A stretch of 64,000 bases of DNA from contig CAYZTT010000002.1 of NCBI GenBank assembly GCA_964481835.1, positions 7,533 to 71,532 of the forward strand, written 5' to 3'. Below are positions 29,944-38,717 of the stretch, in pieces. Each line of letters opens with the position of its first letter. Position 1 is the stretch's first letter. Both the position numbers and the translations under genes were made by a program. Below the pieces are notes generated by a model, which was not told where the DNA came from, ran no database searches, and saw nothing but the letters and a program-made list of their open reading frames with translations. This stretch comes from Candidatus Woesearchaeota archaeon (GTDB lineage: Archaea > Nanobdellota > Nanobdellia > SCGC-AAA011-G17 > PNOQ01).

Positions 29944-30363
29944 ATGCCTCGTAAAAAAACAAAAAAAGCCAAGAGTCATCCGAAGAAAGAAGATGATTGC
30001 GTTACCTATGTTAAGTTGGAGGGCTCTACTCCGTTGAGAAAAGATATTCTGGAGAGTGCCATTGAATCCGCGGAACTTTTGAAAGCGTGGGAGAATTATC
30101 ACAAATTTAAATCTGACAAAGTCGACTATTATAAAAAATTGGCAGTGGTTTTAGGAAAGATTGAGAAAGAAGTAAATGCATTGAAGAGGCACATCCCAAA
30201 GATGAATGAGGTGGATGTTCCTAAAGAGGATAAGAAACCCATTGTTAAAGCAAAGAAGCTTGCAGATGCAAAGAAGCCTAAGCCATTAGAGCCAGAATTT
30301 AAAAGTAAATTAGACAAAGAGATCTATGATATAAATTCTAGATTGAAGAAATTAAATATTTAA
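29944..30363 (+). CDS. lysine-rich coiled-coil protein (139 aa)
   Basis: ORF only; KKPK repeats. Confidence 0.4.
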   Translation: MPRKKTKKAKSHPKKEDDCVTYVKLEGSTPLRKDILESAIESAELLKAWENYHKFKSDKVDYYKKLAVVLGKIEKEVNALKRHIPKMNEVDVPKEDKKPIVKAKKLADAKKPKPLEPEFKSKLDKEIYDINSRLKKLNI

Positions 30364-32888
30364 TTTTTTTTCTTATAAATTTTTATCCAAACCATATATC
30401 CTATTGCTAGAACTATTATTACTATCGGGAAATATTTCCAAGCCGCGGTATCATCTGTATCGATTACTGTTCCTCCCGTAGGAGTTTGGTTAGTGGTGTT
30501 AGTGTTTTCATCCAAGATGTCTTCAAGCTCTGGTCCGATTTCTATATTTAGGTATATAGAGACCTGATAAAATTGCTCTGCCTCTGCCTTTACTTCTATG
30601 TCAGATCCCTCATTGGAATCGATATCTAGTAAATTGTCTTCCCCGTATGGGATTTCATAGTATGTGTTTCCTGGAATTAGCATTACCTTCGCATAATCAC
30701 TATAAACCCTGCTAACCTTTAGCTTGTATGTATTATCCTCGTAATTAAATTTGACATAATCTCCGCTAGTTACATCAGTCCAATATAAATCATATTCGGT
30801 ACTTGATTGTGAATCAGATTCATCGTATGTTTTTGCACTTGACGAAGAGCCTGGACTGCTTGGGGTTGTTGGGGCGGTCCCAGTTGTTGTAAAGTTGTAT
30901 GTTATTGAAAGATTACAATTGCTTTCATAATCGCAGGAAGATACATTGAAAAAGTGCATTGTTCCGGGGGTCAGACTTGTTATGGTTACATTGTGACTTA
31001 GACTCCAGCTTGAATCTCCAGTCGTACTTGTGAGTATGGAAGGATCAGTGCCGTATAGAACGGTGGAATTCGTGGATTCCTGCGTTTGCCATTGTATTGT
31101 TGCTTGCTCGTTTCCAATTGAGATGTTACTTATATTTTTTAACCAAGGAATTTCATCTGTTACGGAAAATATTGAGTCATTCTCAAATCCAAAAATATCC
31201 ATAAAATCTGTGAAGTTAAAATATTCTGCGCTTGGCCCCCTTGCAAATCTCCTACTTGAATTTTCTGCTATAAAGGTATTGTTATATGAGGCAAACCCAA
31301 TATTAGTATAATTGGTGCCATGTTCCGATACTGCATAAGCCGGGCTTATATTGTATATATAAAATAAATTATTGTGGATTGTTAGATTTGTTACATTTCT
31401 TGCAGGGCTATCTGCATTTTTAGCTACAATTGCGTAGGGCCACTCTGTTTCATTGTAATATGGGGCAAAAAAAGTGTTGTTGAAAACTGTGATGTTGTGC
31501 CCTGCACGTGTAACAAAATTCTCAAAGTTTGTTTGGTTTATCATGGTGTTGTTATGGGCTACATAATTGGTATCGTGTTTAGAAAGGATTCCATAACCTG
31601 CTCCGACCACATAGTTATATCTGACCGTGGAGTTGAAGGTTGCTCCAGTAAATAGCATGTGTTTGGATGTAGCCAGGGCTGGAGCAATTATTCGATTATG
31701 TTCTATTAATGTGTGATTTATATCGCCTGTTGCGGTTGCAATTGAATCCGCCCCTATTTTTATCCCATATCTGTTTGGAGGGATTGTACTGGGCTCGTAA
31801 GTTAGATTATTGTATCTCACCTTCAGATATTCAGTGACCCCATTATTGGATCCAACTACATTTATTCCGTTTCCATCTATCATGAATGCAGTATTGTTCT
31901 CTATAGAACCATTTGTTGCATTTATTAAGTACATAAGGTAGCCTACCCCCCCTGCCCCGGTTATATTTGTATAGTTTGTGGCATTTCCCCAGTGGTTGCC
32001 GTAAATTTTTATATTAGAGCAATTTTTTACCGCACAATAGATGGAAGCCCAATTGGCTGTAACGTTGCCTTGCCAGAAAGTATTATTTTGGATTACTACA
32101 TTCGAAGAATTTCTTACATCCACTGCTGCAACCCTTATGGGTTCCTCTTGGGTCCCGAAAAGATTGTGCGCTATGAGCCATCCTTCATGGCCCACATCAT
32201 CCAGATAAACGGGGACATCATCAGGATCATAGAACTGATTATATTTTATAGTAATATTTACTGATCTCCCCTCATTGAATCTCATTGCTCTTTCTGAGAG
32301 AGAATTAGAGAAATTATTTCCTTCGATTATCGTATTATTATTTCCACTAGATACCAACCCATAGTTGGTGTTAATGAATTTGTTGCCAGTGATATTCTTC
32401 CAGATAGAAAGTGTAGTCATATCTAGCCCCTGGACTGTGGCGTTCTGGAGTGTATTGTTGATTAGGTACACTCCCCCTGTTCCTGCTATCCCGGATATAA
32501 TGGAACTTGTAGATCCATCTCCTTCAAGAACAAATCCGATGATGGATAAATTGTTTGCGTTTGGTTGTACCCTTATTACTCGGCTTGTGCTTGATCCATT
32601 TATTGTAACTTCTGACTGGTTTTGGGCTTGGAATGTTCTGTTTGCTACATTTCTTTCTAGGTATAGATATTCTGCCCCGGTTGTATACGCCTCTATGTAA
32701 AGGCCATCCCCAACAAGAATCAAAGAGTCTGCTCCAGTGGCAATATTAGATTTATTTATTGTAAGCCAAGAATCTGCCCAGGATGTGCCCCCATTTGTGT
32801 CTGCTCCATTTTTAGAGACATAATAAGTAGTTGCATTTACGCTTGCTATGCAGATTAGTAGTATAAATAAAAGTGCCCCCTTTTTCAT
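30360..32888 (-). CDS. large surface protein with right-handed parallel beta-helix repeats, dense N-x-S/T sequons, C-terminal TM anchor and basic tail
   Basis: signal peptide; repeated NxT/NNT-rich ~22-aa periodicity; C-terminal FPIVIIVLAIGYMVWIKIYKKKN. Confidence 0.7.
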   Translation of the reverse strand: MKKGALLFILLICIASVNATTYYVSKNGADTNGGTSWADSWLTINKSNIATGADSLILVGDGLYIEAYTTGAEYLYLERNVANRTFQAQNQSEVTINGSSTSRVIRVQPNANNLSIIGFVLEGDGSTSSIISGIAGTGGVYLINNTLQNATVQGLDMTTLSIWKNITGNKFINTNYGLVSSGNNNTIIEGNNFSNSLSERAMRFNEGRSVNITIKYNQFYDPDDVPVYLDDVGHEGWLIAHNLFGTQEEPIRVAAVDVRNSSNVVIQNNTFWQGNVTANWASIYCAVKNCSNIKIYGNHWGNATNYTNITGAGGVGYLMYLINATNGSIENNTAFMIDGNGINVVGSNNGVTEYLKVRYNNLTYEPSTIPPNRYGIKIGADSIATATGDINHTLIEHNRIIAPALATSKHMLFTGATFNSTVRYNYVVGAGYGILSKHDTNYVAHNNTMINQTNFENFVTRAGHNITVFNNTFFAPYYNETEWPYAIVAKNADSPARNVTNLTIHNNLFYIYNISPAYAVSEHGTNYTNIGFASYNNTFIAENSSRRFARGPSAEYFNFTDFMDIFGFENDSIFSVTDEIPWLKNISNISIGNEQATIQWQTQESTNSTVLYGTDPSILTSTTGDSSWSLSHNVTITSLTPGTMHFFNVSSCDYESNCNLSITYNFTTTGTAPTTPSSPGSSSSAKTYDESDSQSSTEYDLYWTDVTSGDYVKFNYEDNTYKLKVSRVYSDYAKVMLIPGNTYYEIPYGEDNLLDIDSNEGSDIEVKAEAEQFYQVSIYLNIEIGPELEDILDENTNTTNQTPTGGTVIDTDDTAAWKYFPIVIIVLAIGYMVWIKIYKKKN

Positions 32889-32972
32889 ATATAATTTTCT
32901 AGAAAAGTCGCTTATATTTCTTTCTATTTCAAATAGAAAAAATTTTTAAAGTAGGTCTATTCTAAGAGTTTT

Positions 32973-34712
32973 ATGAAGGCCAGTGAATTAAGGAAGAGAT
33001 ATATTGAATTCTTTAAGGAAAAGAGGCATAAAGAGATAAAAAACAGCTCTTTAGTTCCTGAAAATGACCCCACAGTATTGTTCACAACTGCGGGTATGCA
33101 CCCTTTAGTTCCATTTCTATTGGGAGAAAAACACCCTTCTGGAGAAAGATTAGTTAATGTTCAAAAATGTTTGAGGACTGGAGATATTGATGAAGTTGGT
33201 GATGATACTCATTTAACTTTCTTTGAGATGTTGGGTAATTGGTCCTTGGGAGATTATTGGAAAGAAGATGCAATTAAATTTACTTTTGAATTCTTGACGG
33301 ATAAAAAATGGTTGAATTTGCCTGTTGAGAGATTGGCCATCTCTGTTTTCAAAGGGGATAAGAATGCTCCGAAGGATGAAGAAAGTGCAAAAACCTGGGA
33401 AAAGTTGGGGGTAAGCAAGGGCCGAATTGGATTTTTAGATAAAAAGGAGAATTGGTGGGGCCCTGCAGGAAAAACTGGTCCTTGTGGACCAGATACTGAA
33501 ATATTCTATTGGAATTCTGATGAGAAAATTCCCGAGAAATTTGATGTTAAGAATAAAAATTGGGTGGAGATAGGAAATAATGTCTTCATGGAGTATAATA
33601 AGGATGAGAAAGGAAAATATGGGGAATTAAAACAGAAGAATGTTGATTTTGGAGGAGGATATGAGAGGATTTACACTATTCTCGAGGGTAAAAAATCAAT
33701 TTATGAATCTAGTTTGTTGTTGCCTATTGTTGAAAAAATAAAAGAGATTTCAAAATTAAATGATGAAACTTCCATTCGAAAGATTTGTGACCATATTCGT
33801 GCAGCTACGTTTTTATTAGGGGATGGGGTGGTCCCAAGTAACGTAGATCAGGGATATGTTTTGAGAAGGCTTATTAGGGTCGCAATACGGCATGGGAATT
33901 TGATTAAGATAAATAAAAATTTTACTAAAGAGCTTGCGGAGATAGTTATTAAAATAAATTCCAAGGAGCATCCCAATTTAAAAGAAAAGGAAAAAATTAT
34001 TTTTGAGGAATTAGACAAAGAGGAAATTAAATTTAAAAGAACTCTAGAAAGAGGATTAAATAAATTTGAAAAATTCTCTAAGAATAAAAAAATATCTGGG
34101 AAGGAGACATTTTTACTTTTTCAATCCTTTGGTTTCCCAATAGAGATGACTGTGGAATTGGCTGAAGAAAAGAAAATTAAAGTTGATTTGAAGGGTTATG
34201 AAGCGGAACTAAAAAGGCACCAAGAATTATCAAGAACTGCTACAAAGGGAAAATTTGGGAGCGGATTGGCAGATACCTCTGAAGCAACTACGAAGCTCCA
34301 CACTGCTTGCCACCTATTGCACTCAGCTCTGCAGAAAGTTTTGGGCGGGAAAGTAGAACAGAGAGGATCAAATATCAACCCAGATAGATTGCGATTTGAT
34401 TTCAGTTTTGATAGAAAGCTGGAGGAAGATGAGTTGAAGAAAGTCGAGAATTTGGTTAATGAAAAGATTAAGGAAGGTTTAGATGTAAGAAGAGAGGAGA
34501 TGACAATTAAAGAGGCCAAAAAGATAGGGGCCGAAGGAATTTTTGATCATAAATATGGGGAAAAAGTTTTTGTTTATTCAGTTGGAAAGTTTTCTAAAGA
34601 AATCTGCTCTGGGCCACATGTCGATAATATAAAAAAATTGGGCAAGTTTAAAATAGTTAAACAAAAATCGGTTGGCTCTGGAGTTAGACGTATTAAAGCA
34701 ATTTTAGAATAA
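32973..34712 (+). CDS. alaS: alanyl-tRNA synthetase, short form (catalytic plus editing-like region, no C-Ala domain)
   Basis: N-terminus FTTAGMHP ... HTFFEMLGNWSLGDYWK; editing-type HTACHLLH and CSGPHV; only 579 aa. Confidence 0.85.
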   Translation: MKASELRKRYIEFFKEKRHKEIKNSSLVPENDPTVLFTTAGMHPLVPFLLGEKHPSGERLVNVQKCLRTGDIDEVGDDTHLTFFEMLGNWSLGDYWKEDAIKFTFEFLTDKKWLNLPVERLAISVFKGDKNAPKDEESAKTWEKLGVSKGRIGFLDKKENWWGPAGKTGPCGPDTEIFYWNSDEKIPEKFDVKNKNWVEIGNNVFMEYNKDEKGKYGELKQKNVDFGGGYERIYTILEGKKSIYESSLLLPIVEKIKEISKLNDETSIRKICDHIRAATFLLGDGVVPSNVDQGYVLRRLIRVAIRHGNLIKINKNFTKELAEIVIKINSKEHPNLKEKEKIIFEELDKEEIKFKRTLERGLNKFEKFSKNKKISGKETFLLFQSFGFPIEMTVELAEEKKIKVDLKGYEAELKRHQELSRTATKGKFGSGLADTSEATTKLHTACHLLHSALQKVLGGKVEQRGSNINPDRLRFDFSFDRKLEEDELKKVENLVNEKIKEGLDVRREEMTIKEAKKIGAEGIFDHKYGEKVFVYSVGKFSKEICSGPHVDNIKKLGKFKIVKQKSVGSGVRRIKAILE

Positions 34713-34726
34713 AAAAGAAAGAAAAA

Positions 34727-35836
34727 TTATAGGTATATAGAGAACCTAAATTCGTCGTTGTCAAAGTTTTCTTTTGGGTTTCTTATAACCATATGGTTTC
34801 CTACCTCAACATCTTCTTCACATTTTCCGTAGTATCCATTATTACCACAATAACCTGTGCCTTCAATTGTTATGTAGAGTTCTTGGAATTCTGCCATTTG
34901 TGCGTGTTGCCCGAAGTAATCAAACGAGACTAGATGTGTTAAATTGGACCACTCTACCCAGATTCTTTCGTCCCCGATTAAATAGCCGTCCATCTCAATT
35001 TTTCCGGTAGTTTGTTTGTAATCCACCTCGAGTTTTCTATCATAGTCATCTTGTGGCCTCCAAACGTAAAATGTGGATACATTTTGTGCCTGTTGGTAGT
35101 CTCCGTCGGTATCTTGGTAGTACAATGGTCCCCACTCGTGTCCTAATTCTCTTGGGAATTCTGCGAGAACTCGTGAAGTCTCAATCCCATCTACCACGAA
35201 CCCGGTATCAGGTTGCCCCCATGCGTTGAACACTATGACTTCGGTGTCGAGGGTACCATTAATGGTGTAGCTGTCATCGATTTCTATTTCGTAATCATAT
35301 TCTGTTGTGGTGTTTGTTTCGTTTCCAGTGTAGTCGCAATTATTGTAGTAGCTCCCGAATATCCCGAAATCTGAGAGTGTAACATTTCCATCAAAATTAA
35401 GATCTGCTTCTATTTCTTTCTTTGTATAGTATGTTGCAAACATTCCGAAATCTGGCAAAGTAACCATTAAGTCGCCAGTATAGTCTGCATCTAAACAATG
35501 CATATCAGTTCCGTTTCTTAGGAGTATCCATTCTCCACCATCCTTTGATCGGAATGATGGCCCCGCATCACTTGCTAGTGCCGGGCTGCTTGCAGAAGAT
35601 CTAGTTCTTTGAGTTCTTTGTAGTGTTGCCTTTACTCTCTCTAGCCATCCTGTTTTTGTGGATTCTTCGGCTTCTTCATTTTTTTCTGGAGACCCTAAGT
35701 CAACAGAATCTGATTCTTCTGAATGTGCAGTTAAACTTGGTTTCAATAAATTTCCTGTAAATCCATCACCTTCGGTACAGGCAGAAATTGTAAACACTGA
35801 TGCTATCAGTAAGAATATCATAAATAGTCGTTTCAT
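34727..35836 (-). CDS. secreted (lipobox-like ISAC) protein with two dockerin-type-I-like Ca-binding repeats
   Basis: DADYTGDLMVTLPDFGMFATYY and DLNFDGNVTLSDFGIFGSYY. Confidence 0.55.
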   Translation of the reverse strand: MKRLFMIFLLIASVFTISACTEGDGFTGNLLKPSLTAHSEESDSVDLGSPEKNEEAEESTKTGWLERVKATLQRTQRTRSSASSPALASDAGPSFRSKDGGEWILLRNGTDMHCLDADYTGDLMVTLPDFGMFATYYTKKEIEADLNFDGNVTLSDFGIFGSYYNNCDYTGNETNTTTEYDYEIEIDDSYTINGTLDTEVIVFNAWGQPDTGFVVDGIETSRVLAEFPRELGHEWGPLYYQDTDGDYQQAQNVSTFYVWRPQDDYDRKLEVDYKQTTGKIEMDGYLIGDERIWVEWSNLTHLVSFDYFGQHAQMAEFQELYITIEGTGYCGNNGYYGKCEEDVEVGNHMVIRNPKENFDNDEFRFSIYL

Positions 35837-35921
35837 AAATTCACCTCCGTTTTTTATGAATGATTATTAGTTTTATTGTTAGATTCCTAGTATATATAGT
35901 TTTTGGAAAGAAAGAAAAAAT

Positions 35922-36917
35922 TTACCAGAATTTAATTCTGGTAAATATACCTCTAAAAAAAGATTTTAGACTATTTTGTTCTTGAACAACATCTCCGGTT
36001 ATATCGTCTAGGGTTCCATCATACTCCACGCCCGCATCTTCTGCTACGCCTTGTATGGATGCTTTCGCAAAGAATCCTAAATTATTTGTTACAACGGAAT
36101 CTGTTGCTGCTTCATAATCTGGAGCAGATCTAGCTTCGTCCATGTAACTTGGAGATATTCCCCTGTCTGGGTAATATTCTTCAATTGCCCTTCTCTCGTA
36201 GATTAACTCTATGTAAGATCCACCAGTTTTTCTGGCAATTGTTTTCCACTGTTCAATACCGTCTCTATCCATTCCTGAACCGGATGCAGTGTAGATCCTA
36301 ATATCTTTATCTTGTGCATCTTCTATTGCATCAGTCCAATCATAGTGTTTGTAATATTGTTGTGGCCCGTTTCCATAGTCTTCATAATGTTGATATGGGT
36401 AATCTCTTGCTGGAGCATCTCCTACTAGGATAATAATTCTATGTGCGGATTTTCTCCATTTCATATCATTTATTGCCCTATCTAAACCAGCTTCAGCGGC
36501 TTCCTCGTAATCTCCTCCACCTTGAGCTTCAATACCCATGATGAATTTTTCGACTGAGTTTACGTTTGAAGTTAACCCTCTAACCTTGGTCAGATATTCT
36601 TGTTCTTGATTTGGATAATCCCTATAAGCAACTACACCGACTCGTACGTCCGGCCTAGGTTGTCCAGAGTTTATCTTATCCATTATACCAACTAACTCTT
36701 CTTTTACAGTCCTTATTTCATCATGCATAGATCCTGTAGAGTCAATAACAAAAACAATGTCTAGTTCTACTGGGCTATGTGGAACATAATTAGGACTAAC
36801 TATGTTTTGTTCATCATTTGATTGAACAAAGTCATCAATTACATCTGCGTTAGCAACGGCTGTGACCGTTGAAAACATTATCAGTCCAATCAATATCATA
36901 CTTAATATTTTGTTCAT
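35922..36917 (-). CDS. secreted von Willebrand factor A domain protein
   Basis: signal peptide; MIDAS DxSxS (VIDSTGSMHDE); vWA fold features. Confidence 0.75.
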   Translation of the reverse strand: MNKILSMILIGLIMFSTVTAVANADVIDDFVQSNDEQNIVSPNYVPHSPVELDIVFVIDSTGSMHDEIRTVKEELVGIMDKINSGQPRPDVRVGVVAYRDYPNQEQEYLTKVRGLTSNVNSVEKFIMGIEAQGGGDYEEAAEAGLDRAINDMKWRKSAHRIIILVGDAPARDYPYQHYEDYGNGPQQYYKHYDWTDAIEDAQDKDIRIYTASGSGMDRDGIEQWKTIARKTGGSYIELIYERRAIEEYYPDRGISPSYMDEARSAPDYEAATDSVVTNNLGFFAKASIQGVAEDAGVEYDGTLDDITGDVVQEQNSLKSFFRGIFTRIKFW

Positions 36918-37044
36918 TTTGAACCTCCTTAAAGTTCATAAAAATAGTAGAAAGGGATTGTATTTAAACGTCTTTTAGGCTTTAAGTTGGTTTGAAGTTA
37001 TAAGAAAAAAGCTTATAAGGAAATTCTATTTTCGCATTTTTAAG

Positions 37045-38007
37045 ATGTATATAGGTATAGATGTGCCTCGAGATTCAGATGGAGAGTTTGATTGGGGCCC
37101 CGTCAATTCACTTGGAAGAAGATATCATGAATTAGTAGAAAAAGGCCATGGTATCGGCAGATGTGGAATCGGAAATAAGGAGATAGATTTGAGTAGCAGG
37201 TGTGATGATCAGGTAGAGATTGGAGGAGAGATGGCAGTCTTGCTTCTTCCATTTTCTGGGCAAATAAGTCGGGCCATTCTAAATGGGGGATGGAGCATCT
37301 CAACTGTAAATGGGACGCGGACCATCAAATACACTAGACCAGATAGTGATATCCCAGACATGACTCTTGTTGGAGGCAGTGCGGTTTTGAAATCTGCACA
37401 TGGATTTGACCCAGATAGAGGAGTGGCGGCAACTTATTTTGGAATAACAATTGGGGCCAGAATAGAAAGATACTTAATTTCAGATACCGGGAGTGGATAT
37501 CATATTGGATTTGGTCCCTTGGAAGCATATAGGTCTGCCTCTGGGAAAGCAGGAGATTCAGCTGGAGCAGTTGAAATCTTGGCAGACACTCTAAACATTC
37601 CCATACAAGATGCTTGGCTCATCCATCGGACAGTAAACGATGGGGGGGCCAGTATAACTGCACCTGTAGGGGGAAATGGGAAACCTTCTGGAGAGAGTGT
37701 TGAAGGAAGACTCATGCGAGAGGACGGTACCCGAGAGAGCCCGTATCGCCAAATTTTTATGGCAGATGCAAATACTTTACTCAATGATGCCTTTTCTGCA
37801 CTGAACCATCGCGAAAGAGTAGTAATCTCCCTAAGTTATCCAGAATGGGGGGCGCCCGTGAAACAAGAAGAAATTGCTTCCATGTTGGGCGATGGATTAG
37901 TAGTGCATAATGTTAGAGACATAAAAAATAGGGCCCTAAGAAAACTTCGGGCTAGTTTCCATAGGAAAGGAATTAGATCCTTGGATAGAATATTTGATGC
38001 CAGATAA
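37045..38007 (+). CDS. GC-rich-island protein with C-terminal sigma-70 region-4/LuxR-like HTH
   Basis: C-terminal LNHRERVVISLSY ... KQEEIASMLG ... VRDIKNRALRKLR matches the sigma-70 r4 pattern; Gly-rich N-terminal 230 aa unknown. Confidence 0.5.
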   Translation: MYIGIDVPRDSDGEFDWGPVNSLGRRYHELVEKGHGIGRCGIGNKEIDLSSRCDDQVEIGGEMAVLLLPFSGQISRAILNGGWSISTVNGTRTIKYTRPDSDIPDMTLVGGSAVLKSAHGFDPDRGVAATYFGITIGARIERYLISDTGSGYHIGFGPLEAYRSASGKAGDSAGAVEILADTLNIPIQDAWLIHRTVNDGGASITAPVGGNGKPSGESVEGRLMREDGTRESPYRQIFMADANTLLNDAFSALNHRERVVISLSYPEWGAPVKQEEIASMLGDGLVVHNVRDIKNRALRKLRASFHRKGIRSLDRIFDAR

Positions 38008-38658
38008 CTATTTCTTTTTTAGTATAGAGAACAATAAGAATACTAAAATTACGAATAATGATCCAGATAAGAACCACAAGGCCAAATTTGGTTCGATTGT
38101 TTGAGATACGACTTCGGTTGTAAGATTTGTTAGTGGATCTGTCCCGGGGGCTGCAATCTTTCCTGCAGTTTCTGCGCCAGGCAATAGCTTTCCAGCTGCA
38201 TCTTGTGCAGTGTTCTTTGCGGATTCTGAAAAGGCAGAGCTCGCCTCGGTGGCCCTAAATAGGCCCATCTGAGATTTTTGCCATAGATAAACTAATCCAG
38301 AGCCAACTACCGATAGCAGAGTTACTGGAAGGAGACTTTTTAATTTTGATAGATTGGTTTCAGAGTTTTCGGGAGAAATTATGATATATCTTTTTGCTAA
38401 CTTGTAAACTAGCATTTCCTTTCCTTTTTTACTCCAGAAAAATTCTTTAGCATCGATTAACTTTGCTTTTTTTAACTGTTGAATATTATAGTGCACTGTG
38501 GGCAAGGGAACCTTTAGTGCTTTTGCGATCTCTGATTCTGTAGCTTCTTTGTGTTCTGCCAAGTAAGAAATAATTTTTTGAGAGGTTTTATTTGACATAG
38601 CATCTGCTACAGATTTCGAATCCTTCATTGATAATAACATAAATGTTTCGTCTTTCAT
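38008..38658 (-). CDS. winged-HTH transcriptional regulator (ArsR/TrmB-like) with C-terminal membrane anchor
   Basis: HTH IISYLAEHKEATESEIAKALKVPLPTVHYNIQQL; C-terminal TM helix. Confidence 0.55.
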   Translation of the reverse strand: MKDETFMLLSMKDSKSVADAMSNKTSQKIISYLAEHKEATESEIAKALKVPLPTVHYNIQQLKKAKLIDAKEFFWSKKGKEMLVYKLAKRYIIISPENSETNLSKLKSLLPVTLLSVVGSGLVYLWQKSQMGLFRATEASSAFSESAKNTAQDAAGKLLPGAETAGKIAAPGTDPLTNLTTEVVSQTIEPNLALWFLSGSLFVILVFLLFSILKKK

Positions 38659-38717
38659 GTTTTTTAAGAAGAAAAGTTAATTTATAAAGGTTATTTTAGG
38701 TTCAAATTCAATTAAAG

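Noticed and set aside
29485-30363. Two small coiled-coil proteins downstream of tfe considered as SepF or ESCRT-III(CdvB)-like division proteins
   Set aside because: Only a vague resemblance (PVFVKIDNYQDAMDNI versus the SepF core); no conserved motif could be matched.
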